Origin: Candidatus Eiseniibacteriota bacterium
GTDB lineage: Bacteria > Eisenbacteria > RBG-16-71-46
Direction: 5' to 3'
Length of the DNA: 25,595 nt
Assembly (NCBI GenBank): GCA_044222065.1
Contig: JBGAOA010000062.1
Coordinates: forward strand, 1 to 25,595
The notes under the pieces are model-generated. The model was not told the DNA's origin. It made no database searches and saw only the letters and a program-made list of their open reading frames with translations. Positions 18,249 to 25,595 of this stretch are shown here, piece after piece. The stretch's first letter is position 1. The number at the start of each line of letters is the position of its first letter. Both the position numbers and the translations under genes were made by a program.

Positions 18249-19459
18249 ATGGGATCCCGATTCGCGGTTCGAGTCGTCCTCGCGATTCTCGCTGCGTTCG
18301 CGTCCGTCTCACGCGCGAACGCCGACGTGCTGCTCGATGCGAACGCGCGTGCCTCGGAACTCGCGTCGCTCGAGCGCGCGACGCCGATCGCGGTGCGCAC
18401 GATGGCGATCGCGCAGGTCGCCGCGTACGACGCGGTCAACTCGATCACCGGGCGGTTCCCGACGTTCGCCTCGCACGCGCCCTCGAGCCGCGACGCGTCG
18501 GTGGACGCGGCCGCGATCGCGGCGATGCGCGCATCGCTGCGCGCGCTCGCGCCGGCGCGCGCCGCGACGAGCGACTCGGTGTTCGGCGCGATGCTCGCGC
18601 GGCTTCCTCGACGACGCCGCGAAGTCGGCCGGGATCGAAGCGGGCGAGCGCGCGGCGCGCGACGTGCTCGCCGCGCGCGGCGCGGGACGGCGCGTTCGTG
18701 CCGAACGACTACCGGCCGCGCACGACGCCGGGCGTGTACGTGCCGACCGCGCTCCCCGTGCTGCCGCACTGGGGCGGACGCGCGCCGTGGGTGCTCGCGA
18801 ACGGGCGCGCGCTGCGCCCGGGACCGCCGCCCGCGCTCGACGGGGCGGTGTGGAAGCGCGACCTCGCCGAGATCCGCGCGGTCGGCCGCAAGGAGGGATC
18901 CACGCGCACGCCCGAGCAGACCGCGATGGCGCGCTTCTGGGAGACGACTTCGCCGATCGTGTACTGGCCGCTCGCGCGCGAGGTGGCCGAGGCGCGCGGT
19001 CGCGATGCGAGCGAGCGCATCCGGATCCTCGCGCGCGCCGCGGTCGCGATGGACGACGCCGCGATCGCCGTGTTCGACGCCAAGTACGCGTACGGCTTCT
19101 GGCGCCCGATCACCGCGATCCGGAACGGCGGCGGCGCCGCGGGCGACTCGGCGTGGGAGCCGCTGATCGACACGCCCATGCACCCCGAGTACCCGTGCGC
19201 GCACTGCATCGTGTCGGGCGCGCTCGGCGCCGTGCTCGAGGACGCGCTCGCGGGTGCGCCGGCGCCGCCGCTCGAGTCGCGGAGCCCGACCGCGTCCGAG
19301 CCGCGTCGCTGGTCGAGCGTCGAGGCGTTCGTGAGCGAGGTGGCGAACGCGCGCATCTACGACGGCGTGCACTACCGCAACTCGACCGAAGTCGGCACGG
19401 CGATGGGGAAGCAGGTCGGGCGGCTCGTCTGCGAGCGCTTCGCCTCGTCCGCGCGCTGA
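18249..19459 (+). pseudogene. Secreted PAP2 / vanadium-dependent haloperoxidase-family protein with two apparent +1 frameshifts (about 18609 and 18685)
   Basis: SD AGGAGG then ATG 18249; signal peptide; YDAVNSI. Removing one base at each site gives ...MLARLPDDAAKSAGIEAGERAARDVLAARGADGAFVPNDY... Motifs KYAYGFWRP, HPEYPCAH, ARIYDGVHY. Confidence 0.85.
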
Positions 19460-19466
19460 ACGCGAA

Positions 19467-19495
19467 ACGCCCGCGAGGTCTCGCCTCGCGGGCGT
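19467..19495. terminator. Hairpin terminator between the convergent PAP2 and argF genes
   Basis: 12-bp stem acgcccgcgagg/cctcgcgggcgt with a 5-nt loop; short T-run on the minus strand. Confidence 0.7.
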
Positions 19496-19516
19496 CTGCG
19501 TTGCGGCGAACGCCGG

Positions 19517-20479
19517 CTATCCTGCCATCGCGACCATCAGTGCCTTCTGTGCGTGCAGGCGGTTCTCGGCTTGATCGAAGATCGCCGAGTTCTCCGTGCG
19601 GCTCGTTGCGTAGTCCAGCTCCTCGCCGTAGTGCGCGGGGAGGCAGTGGAGCAGCACGGCATCGGTCTTCGCGAGCTTCATGAGCGACGCGTTGACCTGG
19701 TAGGGGGCGAACAGCCGCTTCCGTGCGTCCGCTTCGGCTTCCTGGCCCATGCTCGCCCACACATCGGTGTACACCACGTCCGCGCCGCGGACGCCCTGCG
19801 CGACGTCGCTCGTCACGGTGAGCGTCGCGCCCGAGCGGCGCGCGATGTCCCGCGCGTCGTTCACGAGTTCGGCGGGCGGCTCGTAGCCCTGCGGGCCGAC
19901 GACGCTCACGTCCATGCCGAGCAGCGCCCCGGCGAACAGCATCGAGTTCGCGACGTTGTTGCCGTCGCCCACGAACGCGAGCCTGAGGCCGTGGATGCGC
20001 TCGCGGCGCTCGAGGATCGTGAGCAGGTCGCCGAGGATCTGGCACGGGTGCTCGCGATCCGAGAGCCCGTTGATCACGGGCACCGTCGCGTGGCGCGCGA
20101 GCGCCTCGACGATGTCGTGGCCGAACACGCGGGCCATGATGAGGTTCGACATGCGCGACAGCACGATCGCGATGTCCTCGGTCGTCTCGCGCTGCCCGAG
20201 CCGGATGTCGTCGGGGCCGAGGTAGATCGCGTGGCCGCCGAGCTGCGTCATGCCCGCTTCGAACGACACGCGGGTCCGCAGCGACGGCTTCTGGAAGATC
20301 ATCGCGAGCGTCTTGCCCGCGAGCAGCGGCCGGTCCTCGCCGAGCCGGTGGGCGCGCTTGAGCGAGGTCGCGAGCTGCAGCACCTCGAGCGTCGCCTCGG
20401 CCGACAGGTCGCGGACCGAGAGGTAGCTGTGGATCCGCGCCTTCGCCGGCGCGGAGGGGATGCGTACCGCGGATTTCAT
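19517..20479 (-). CDS. argF: Ornithine carbamoyltransferase
   Basis: FQKPSLRTR carbamoyl-phosphate site, HPCQ, GDGNN, ornithine-binding loop DVWASMG, HCLP, QAENRLH. Confidence 0.95.
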   Translation of the reverse strand: MKSAVRIPSAPAKARIHSYLSVRDLSAEATLEVLQLATSLKRAHRLGEDRPLLAGKTLAMIFQKPSLRTRVSFEAGMTQLGGHAIYLGPDDIRLGQRETTEDIAIVLSRMSNLIMARVFGHDIVEALARHATVPVINGLSDREHPCQILGDLLTILERRERIHGLRLAFVGDGNNVANSMLFAGALLGMDVSVVGPQGYEPPAELVNDARDIARRSGATLTVTSDVAQGVRGADVVYTDVWASMGQEAEADARKRLFAPYQVNASLMKLAKTDAVLLHCLPAHYGEELDYATSRTENSAIFDQAENRLHAQKALMVAMAG

Positions 20480-20512
20480 CTCGTCACTCCTCGAGCCGCG
20501 CGCGCGGCGCGG

Positions 20513-20556
20513 CGAAAAGGGCGCGGCGGCGGATCCGCGGCCGCCGCGCCGTTTCG
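20513..20556 (-). terminator. Terminator-like or mRNA-stabilising hairpin between rocD and argF
   Basis: 11-bp stem 20520-20530/20540-20550, followed on the minus strand by CTTTTCG. Confidence 0.5.
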
Positions 20557-20557
20557 T

Positions 20558-21790
20558 TCACGCCAGCACTTTCGCGATGCGCTCGGCCGCCCACTCGAGG
20601 TCCTCGGGCTCGATCACGAGCGGGGGCGCGATGCGCAGCACGCTCTCGACCGTGTCCTTGCACAGGACGCCCTCGGACTTGAGCCGCTTCGCGTACTCCT
20701 TCGCGGGCCCGGCCTCTTTCTTCAGCTCGACGCCGATCAGCAGCCCGCGGCCGCGCACTTCCTTCACGACCGTGGACTTGATCGCCCGCAGCCGGTCCAT
20801 GAACGCGGCGCCGACCTTCGCGGCGCGCTCCGACAGGTGGTCGCGCGTGAGCACGCGGATCGCCGCGCGGGCGACGGCGCACGCGAGCGGATTGCCGCCG
20901 AACGTGCTGCCGTGGTCGCCCGGCTCGAACACGCCGAGGATCTCGCGCGAGGCGAGCACCGCCGACACCGGCATCATGCCGCCGCCGAGCGCCTTGCCGA
21001 GGATCAGCACGTCGGGCTTCACGTCCTCGTGGTCGCACGCGAACACCCGCCCGGTGCGCCCGAGGCCGGTCTGGATCTCGTCCGCCATGAACAGCACGCG
21101 GCGGTCGCGGCACAGCTCGCGCGCCGCGCGCAGGTAGCCCGCGGGCGGGACGACGATGCCGCCTTCGCCCTGGATCGGCTCGACCAGGAACCCGACGGTG
21201 TTCGGGGTGATCGCGCACGCCAGCGCTTCGAGGTCGCCGTACGGCACGACCTTGAAGCCCGGCGTGAACGGACCGAAACCGTCGCGGTATTGCGGGTCGT
21301 CCGAGAAGCTCACGATGCTGATCGTGCGGCCGTGGAAGTTGCCCTCGCAGACGATGATCTCGGCCTCGTTCGCGGGCACGCCCTTCACGCGATAGCCCCA
21401 CTTGCGGGCCGTCTTGAGCGCGGTCTCGACCGCTTCCGCGCCGGTGTTCATGGGCAGCACGAGGTCCTGGCCCGCGAGCTTCGTCACGTCTTCGCAGAAC
21501 GGCCCGAACTGGTCGTTCTGGAACGCGCGCGAGGTCAGCGACAGCATCTTGGCCTGCTCGACGAACGCCGAAACGATCTCGACGTGCGCGTGCCCGAAGT
21601 TGAGCGCCGAATACGCGCTCAGCAGGTCGAGGTAGCGCTTGCCCTCGACGTCCTCGACCCACGCGCCGCGTCCGCGCGCGATCACGACCGGCAGCGGCGC
21701 GTAGTTGCGCGCGCTGAACTGGTCCGCGAGCGCGAGATGGCGGGCGCTCTCGTTCGCGACCGCCGTGCGGTGCGAATCAGCGTGAGGCAT
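20558..21790 (-). CDS. rocD: Ornithine--oxo-acid aminotransferase (class III PLP enzyme)
   Basis: [11 protein letters not shown]-type [69 protein letters not shown]. Start overlaps the upstream gene by 14 nt. Confidence 0.93.
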   Translation of the reverse strand: MPHADSHRTAVANESARHLALADQFSARNYAPLPVVIARGRGAWVEDVEGKRYLDLLSAYSALNFGHAHVEIVSAFVEQAKMLSLTSRAFQNDQFGPFCEDVTKLAGQDLVLPMNTGAEAVETALKTARKWGYRVKGVPANEAEIIVCEGNFHGRTISIVSFSDDPQYRDGFGPFTPGFKVVPYGDLEALACAITPNTVGFLVEPIQGEGGIVVPPAGYLRAARELCRDRRVLFMADEIQTGLGRTGRVFACDHEDVKPDVLILGKALGGGMMPVSAVLASREILGVFEPGDHGSTFGGNPLACAVARAAIRVLTRDHLSERAAKVGAAFMDRLRAIKSTVVKEVRGRGLLIGVELKKEAGPAKEYAKRLKSEGVLCKDTVESVLRIAPPLVIEPEDLEWAAERIAKVLA

Positions 21791-23150
21791 GCGTCACCTC
21801 CGCGTGGTTGTTCGGCGACTGAGTGCGGCGTTCGATCGCCGTCGTGAGCAGGTTCGGCAGCAGCTCGCGGTCGTGCTCCTGCAGCTCGTACGTCACGCGC
21901 GTGGACGGCTTGTCGAGCGTGAGCACGTGGGCGAGGTCGATCGGCGTGGCGATCAGCACCGCGTCGCACGGCACGGCCGCGATCGTCTCGGACAGCTCCG
22001 CGATCTGGCGGTCGCCGTAGCCCATCGCCGGCAGCACCTGCGTCAGGTGCGTGTACTTCTCGAACACACCGCGGATCGAACCGCGCGCGTACGGGCGCGG
22101 GTCCACGATCTCGGCGGCCTTGTTCTTGAGCGCCGCGACGAGCCCGGCGCCGTACTTCATCTCGCCGTGGGTGAGCGTGGGGCCGTCCTCGATCACGAGG
22201 ACGCGCTTGCCCTGCACGACCGACGGGTCCTTCACGAGCACCGGCGAGTTCGCGCGCAGGATGGGAACGTTGCGGTTCAGCATCCGCACGTTTGCCTCGA
22301 CCGTCGCGATGTTCGCGGGCTCGGCCGTGTCCACCTTGTTCACGATCACGAGGTCCGCCATGCGGACGTTCGTCTCGCCCGGGTAGTACTGCAGCTCGTG
22401 GCCCGGACGGTGCGGGTCGGCCACGACGATGTTGAGGTCGGGGTGCACGAACGGCAGGTCGTTGTTGCCGCCGTCCCAGAGGATGACGTCGGCCTCCATT
22501 TCGGCGCTGCGCAGGATCAGCTCGTAGTCGACACCCGCGTAGACGATGCTGCCCATCGCGATGTGCGGCTCGTACTCCTCGCGCTCTTCGATCGTGCACT
22601 TCTGCTCGTCCATGTCCGCGACCGAGGCGAAGCGCTGGCAGATCTGCTTCGTGAGATCGCCGTAGGGCATCGGATGGCGGATCACCGCCACCTTGTGACC
22701 CATGCCCTTCAGGATCTCGGCGACGCGGCGGGACGTCTGGCTCTTGCCGCAGCCGGTGCGCACGGCGCCGACCGCGATGACCGGCTTCGCGCTCCGGAGC
22801 ATCGTCTGCTCCGCGCCGAGCAGCACGAACTGCGCGCCGGCCGCGTTCACGCGCGCGGCTTCGCGCATCACGTAGGGGTAGGACACGTCGGAGTACGAGA
22901 ACGTGACGAGGTCCACGTCGTACTCCTCGATCAGCTCCTCGAGCCGCTCCTCGGAGTGGATCGGGATGCCGTTCGGGTAGCGGTCGCCGGCGATGACTGC
23001 GGGGTAAATGCGTCCGTCGATATCGGGGATCTGGGCGGCCGTGAAGCACACGACTTCGACGTCCGGCTGGTGCTTCCACCAGACGTTGAAGTTGTGGAAG
23101 TCGCGTCCCGCGGCGCCCATGATGAGTACGCGCGTTCTGGCGTTCGACAT
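21777..23150 (-). CDS. Cyclic 2,3-diphosphoglycerate synthetase-like P-loop NTPase, probable arginine synthetase (ArcE)
   Basis: Family motifs [26 protein letters not shown]-loop [48 protein letters not shown]. It lies directly upstream of rocD and argF. Confidence 0.85.
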   Translation of the reverse strand: MSNARTRVLIMGAAGRDFHNFNVWWKHQPDVEVVCFTAAQIPDIDGRIYPAVIAGDRYPNGIPIHSEERLEELIEEYDVDLVTFSYSDVSYPYVMREAARVNAAGAQFVLLGAEQTMLRSAKPVIAVGAVRTGCGKSQTSRRVAEILKGMGHKVAVIRHPMPYGDLTKQICQRFASVADMDEQKCTIEEREEYEPHIAMGSIVYAGVDYELILRSAEMEADVILWDGGNNDLPFVHPDLNIVVADPHRPGHELQYYPGETNVRMADLVIVNKVDTAEPANIATVEANVRMLNRNVPILRANSPVLVKDPSVVQGKRVLVIEDGPTLTHGEMKYGAGLVAALKNKAAEIVDPRPYARGSIRGVFEKYTHLTQVLPAMGYGDRQIAELSETIAAVPCDAVLIATPIDLAHVLTLDKPSTRVTYELQEHDRELLPNLLTTAIERRTQSPNNHAEVTHASR

Positions 23151-23275
23151 GATGGAGAGGCCTCCTCGGTTCGAGGCCGGTCGAACGCCGGGGGCGGACC
23201 CGCCGCAACCCGGGGCGCGTCCACGAGGGACGCGCGCTCGATCGCGCAGCCGCGAAACCGTTTGGAGCGCAATCG

Positions 23276-23291
23276 AGCATCATTCAAGCCA
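23276..23291 (-). promoter_or_regulatory. Candidate sigma54 (-24/-12) promoter of the arcE-like-rocD-argF cluster
   Basis: Minus strand TGGCTTGAATGATGCT has exact GG-N10-GC spacing compared with consensus TGGCACG-N4-TTGCW, about 125 nt upstream of the ATG. Confidence 0.45.
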
Positions 23292-23483
23292 CCGGCCCGC
23301 GGACGACGGGGCGGGTGCGCGTGCGGGCTAACGCGCTGGAAACTCAGGCGCGCGCGCATCGAGCGCGACGCCGGGGCGCGCGGCGCGCGGCCCGGCCCTG
23401 TCAGGCTGACAGCGGCCCTGCGCCCGGTTGGGCAGGCCGGCCGGGCACGTTCCGGTCGGATCGTCGCCCGACCTGACGGCCGT

Positions 23484-25595
23484 TCAGTCGGGGTCGCCGA
23501 CGAGCGCGAACCCGGACCAGTACGCCGGATGCGCGTACGGCCGGACGCCGTCCGGCGCGCGCCACTCGCGCACTTCGCGCTGCGCCGCCGAGAGCGCGGC
23601 CGCGCGGTCGAGCGGATGCGCGCGGTCGGCGAGCCGCGCGTAGAAGCCGCGCATGAGCAGCGCGGTCGCGCGATCGTCCACGGGCCACATCGAGACGAGC
23701 AGCGAACGCGCGCCGGCCGCGAGGAACGCGAGCTGGAGCCCGAGGTAGCCCTCGGACTGGGACGACACCGAGCGCACCGACTGGCAGCCGGCGAGGCACA
23801 CGAGCGGCGAGGCGATCGCCCAGCGTTCCGCGATCTCGCGCGCCTCGAGGCGCGAGACTTCGCCGGGGGTCGCACGCTCCGGCGCGAGCACGAGCGCGGA
23901 CTTGAGCACCCGCGCTTCGTCCACGTCGGTGTGGGCCGAGAAGTGCAGCACGCCGTGGCGCGCGAGCGCGCCCGCGGCCGCGAGGTCGCGCAGCGCCGAG
24001 GCGCGCGCCTCGGCGCCGGTGAGCACGGTGGCCCCGGGGAACGCGGCCGCGATCGCACGGATCTCCTCGGCGCTGCCCGCGAGCCTCGGCCAGTGCGAGG
24101 CCGCCGAGGCGGGATACGCCGGATCGCCGACGAGCAGCGGCGCGCGCGGGGGCGCGGAGGCCGGCGGGCGCGAAGCGCGCTCGAGCACGAACAGCGGGGC
24201 CGACGGCGCGTAGGCGATCGCGTAGCGGTCGGCGAGCCGCTCGCCGGCGTCGTCCTCGAGCACGCCGAGCGGCGCGCTCGCGAAGAAGTCGGTGCCGCAG
24301 ACGACGAGCCGCCGCACACCGGCGAGCGCGGGGAGGAGCGGCGCGAAGCGCTCGCGCCACATCGCGTGGGCGAGCGCGCGGGCGGTGCGGTCGTCGGTGA
24401 GCCGCGAAGGCCACTGGCCGGCGCAGAACAGTTCGCGCACGAGCGCGTCGCGCACCGTGCCGATGCGCGGAATCGGCGCGCGGAGGCGCGGCAGCGCGAT
24501 CCAGACCACCGGGCCCGAGGACCGCACGACGCACGCCCACAGGGTGTCCTCGGGCACGTCCGTGGGGGCCGAGCCCCGCGGCCACGCGACGAGCGCCTCG
24601 TCCGGTCGCAAGGACGCGCGCACGCGGCCCGCGAGCCCGCGCCAGGCGGACTCGCCCGCGTCGGCGCCGAGGCGGCGGGCGAGCAGCGAGCGCGCGGAGG
24701 CGCGCTCGAGCGTCTCGAACGCGCGCTCGGCTTCGCCGCGGCGGGCGAGCGCGAGCGCGAGGTCGCGATAGAGCGAGAAGCCCGCGCCGACGCTCGCGCC
24801 GGGATCGCGCGTCGTCTGCGTCCACAACGACTCCCGCAGCGCGATCGCCTCGACGAGCGCGGGGATCGCCTCGTCGGCGCGCCCGAGCGCGAGCAGCGAC
24901 TGGCCGTAGAGCCCGAGGCGCACGGCGTAGGAGCCCGCGAGCGCGCCCGCTCGGCGGGGCGCACGCTCGAGCGACTCGAGCGCGTAGCGTCTCGTGTCCT
25001 CCCAGCGCCCGCGGCGCGCGCTCAGGAACGCCATCGCGCTGACCGTCGAGGCGACGTCCTCGGCGTCGTGCGCGAGCCGCTCGCGGCGGATGTCGAGCGC
25101 GGCGCGGAGCAGCGCGAACGCCGCGCCGTAGTCGCGCGCCGCGCGGTACAGGTTCCCGAGCCCGTGGTAGGCGGACGAAGCCTCGAGCGAGCGCGGCCCG
25201 GTCGTCGCGCAGCGGATGCGCAGCGCCGCGTCGTAGCGGGCGCGCGCGAGCGCGAAGTCCCTGAGCCCCGTGTAGTTCTTCACGACCCGCCCGAGCAGCT
25301 CCTCGGCGTCGGCGACCGACGGATGGCGCGGGCCGACCGAGGCGGCGAAGCCGTCGCGCGCGAGGACGGCGAGCGAGTCGGCCTCGCCCGGATGGGAGAG
25401 CGCGAACTCGACCTCGGCGACTGCGAGCGCGGCGCGCGCCGTCGCGAGGTCGCGAGCGCCGAGCAGCGCGACGCGTTCGGACCACGCCGCGCGCGCGTTC
25501 TCGAGCGCGATCGCGAGCGAATCCGCTTCGAGCGCGGCATGCGCGCGGGCGAGCCGGCGGTCGGCGGCATCGAGGCGCGCCCGCGCCGGCGGCGC
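23484..25595 (-). CDS. TPR-repeat plus CHAT (caspase-like peptidase) domain protein, 5'-truncated by the window edge
   Basis: The frame of ORF 23484..25283 is open to 25595. Kinesin-light-chain-like TPRs (GPRHPSVADAEELLG, YHGLGNLYRAARDY); CHAT motifs LLVGDP, LHFSAH, CLAGCQS, AGARSLLVSMWPVDD, HPAYWSGF. Confidence 0.9.
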   Translation of the reverse strand, partial: APPARARLDAADRRLARAHAALEADSLAIALENARAAWSERVALLGARDLATARAALAVAEVEFALSHPGEADSLAVLARDGFAASVGPRHPSVADAEELLGRVVKNYTGLRDFALARARYDAALRIRCATTGPRSLEASSAYHGLGNLYRAARDYGAAFALLRAALDIRRERLAHDAEDVASTVSAMAFLSARRGRWEDTRRYALESLERAPRRAGALAGSYAVRLGLYGQSLLALGRADEAIPALVEAIALRESLWTQTTRDPGASVGAGFSLYRDLALALARRGEAERAFETLERASARSLLARRLGADAGESAWRGLAGRVRASLRPDEALVAWPRGSAPTDVPEDTLWACVVRSSGPVVWIALPRLRAPIPRIGTVRDALVRELFCAGQWPSRLTDDRTARALAHAMWRERFAPLLPALAGVRRLVVCGTDFFASAPLGVLEDDAGERLADRYAIAYAPSAPLFVLERASRPPASAPPRAPLLVGDPAYPASAASHWPRLAGSAEEIRAIAAAFPGATVLTGAEARASALRDLAAAGALARHGVLHFSAHTDVDEARVLKSALVLAPERATPGEVSRLEAREIAERWAIASPLVCLAGCQSVRSVSSQSEGYLGLQLAFLAAGARSLLVSMWPVDDRATALLMRGFYARLADRAHPLDRAAALSAAQREVREWRAPDGVRPYAHPAYWSGFALVGDPD

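Noticed and set aside
23270..23290. ArgR (ARG box) site upstream of the arginine cluster
   Set aside because: Only one TGAAT half-site, with no matching ATTCA/ATGCA half and no tandem box.
82..25570. Many long Arg/Ala/Gly-rich ORFs (e.g. 914..3364, 3614..5572, 11849..15649, 12256..14625, 19553..21847, 22931..24964)
   Set aside because: They are shadow frames of real genes. Stop codons are scarce at this GC content and no family motifs are present.
25280..25595. Separate ORF or frameshift upstream of the CHAT ORF
   Set aside because: Manual translation shows the CHAT frame stays open to the window edge and continues TPR-like sequence.

Overview
Very GC-rich bacterial window. A carboxypeptidase with a C-terminal FlgD-type Ig domain, a TPR-CHAT protein and a stand-alone HNH gene suggest a diderm lineage such as Ca. 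Eisenbacteria (inference only). Left to right: a 5'-truncated AMMECR1-domain gene coupled to a thioester-containing alpha-2-macroglobulin; a stand-alone HNH endonuclease gene behind a highly structured non-coding region; a secreted protein plus putative beta-barrel operon divergent from an OmpR/histidine-kinase pair (kinase frameshifted); a secreted MetX-like hydrolase; an M14 carboxypeptidase; an ICMT/PEMT-family methyltransferase; an RhlE-like DEAD-box helicase with a long structured leader and a His-rich repeat tail; an HxlR regulator with a palindromic operator divergent from a PAP2/vanadium-haloperoxidase-family gene (two +1 frameshifts); a three-gene cluster (cDPGS-like/arginine-synthetase ArcE-like ATPase, rocD, argF) with a candidate sigma54 promoter; and a partial TPR-CHAT gene. 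Best leads are the arcE-like-rocD-argF arginine module, the structured RNA upstream of the HNH gene, and the helicase leader RNA. All family calls come from motif recognition, not database searches.
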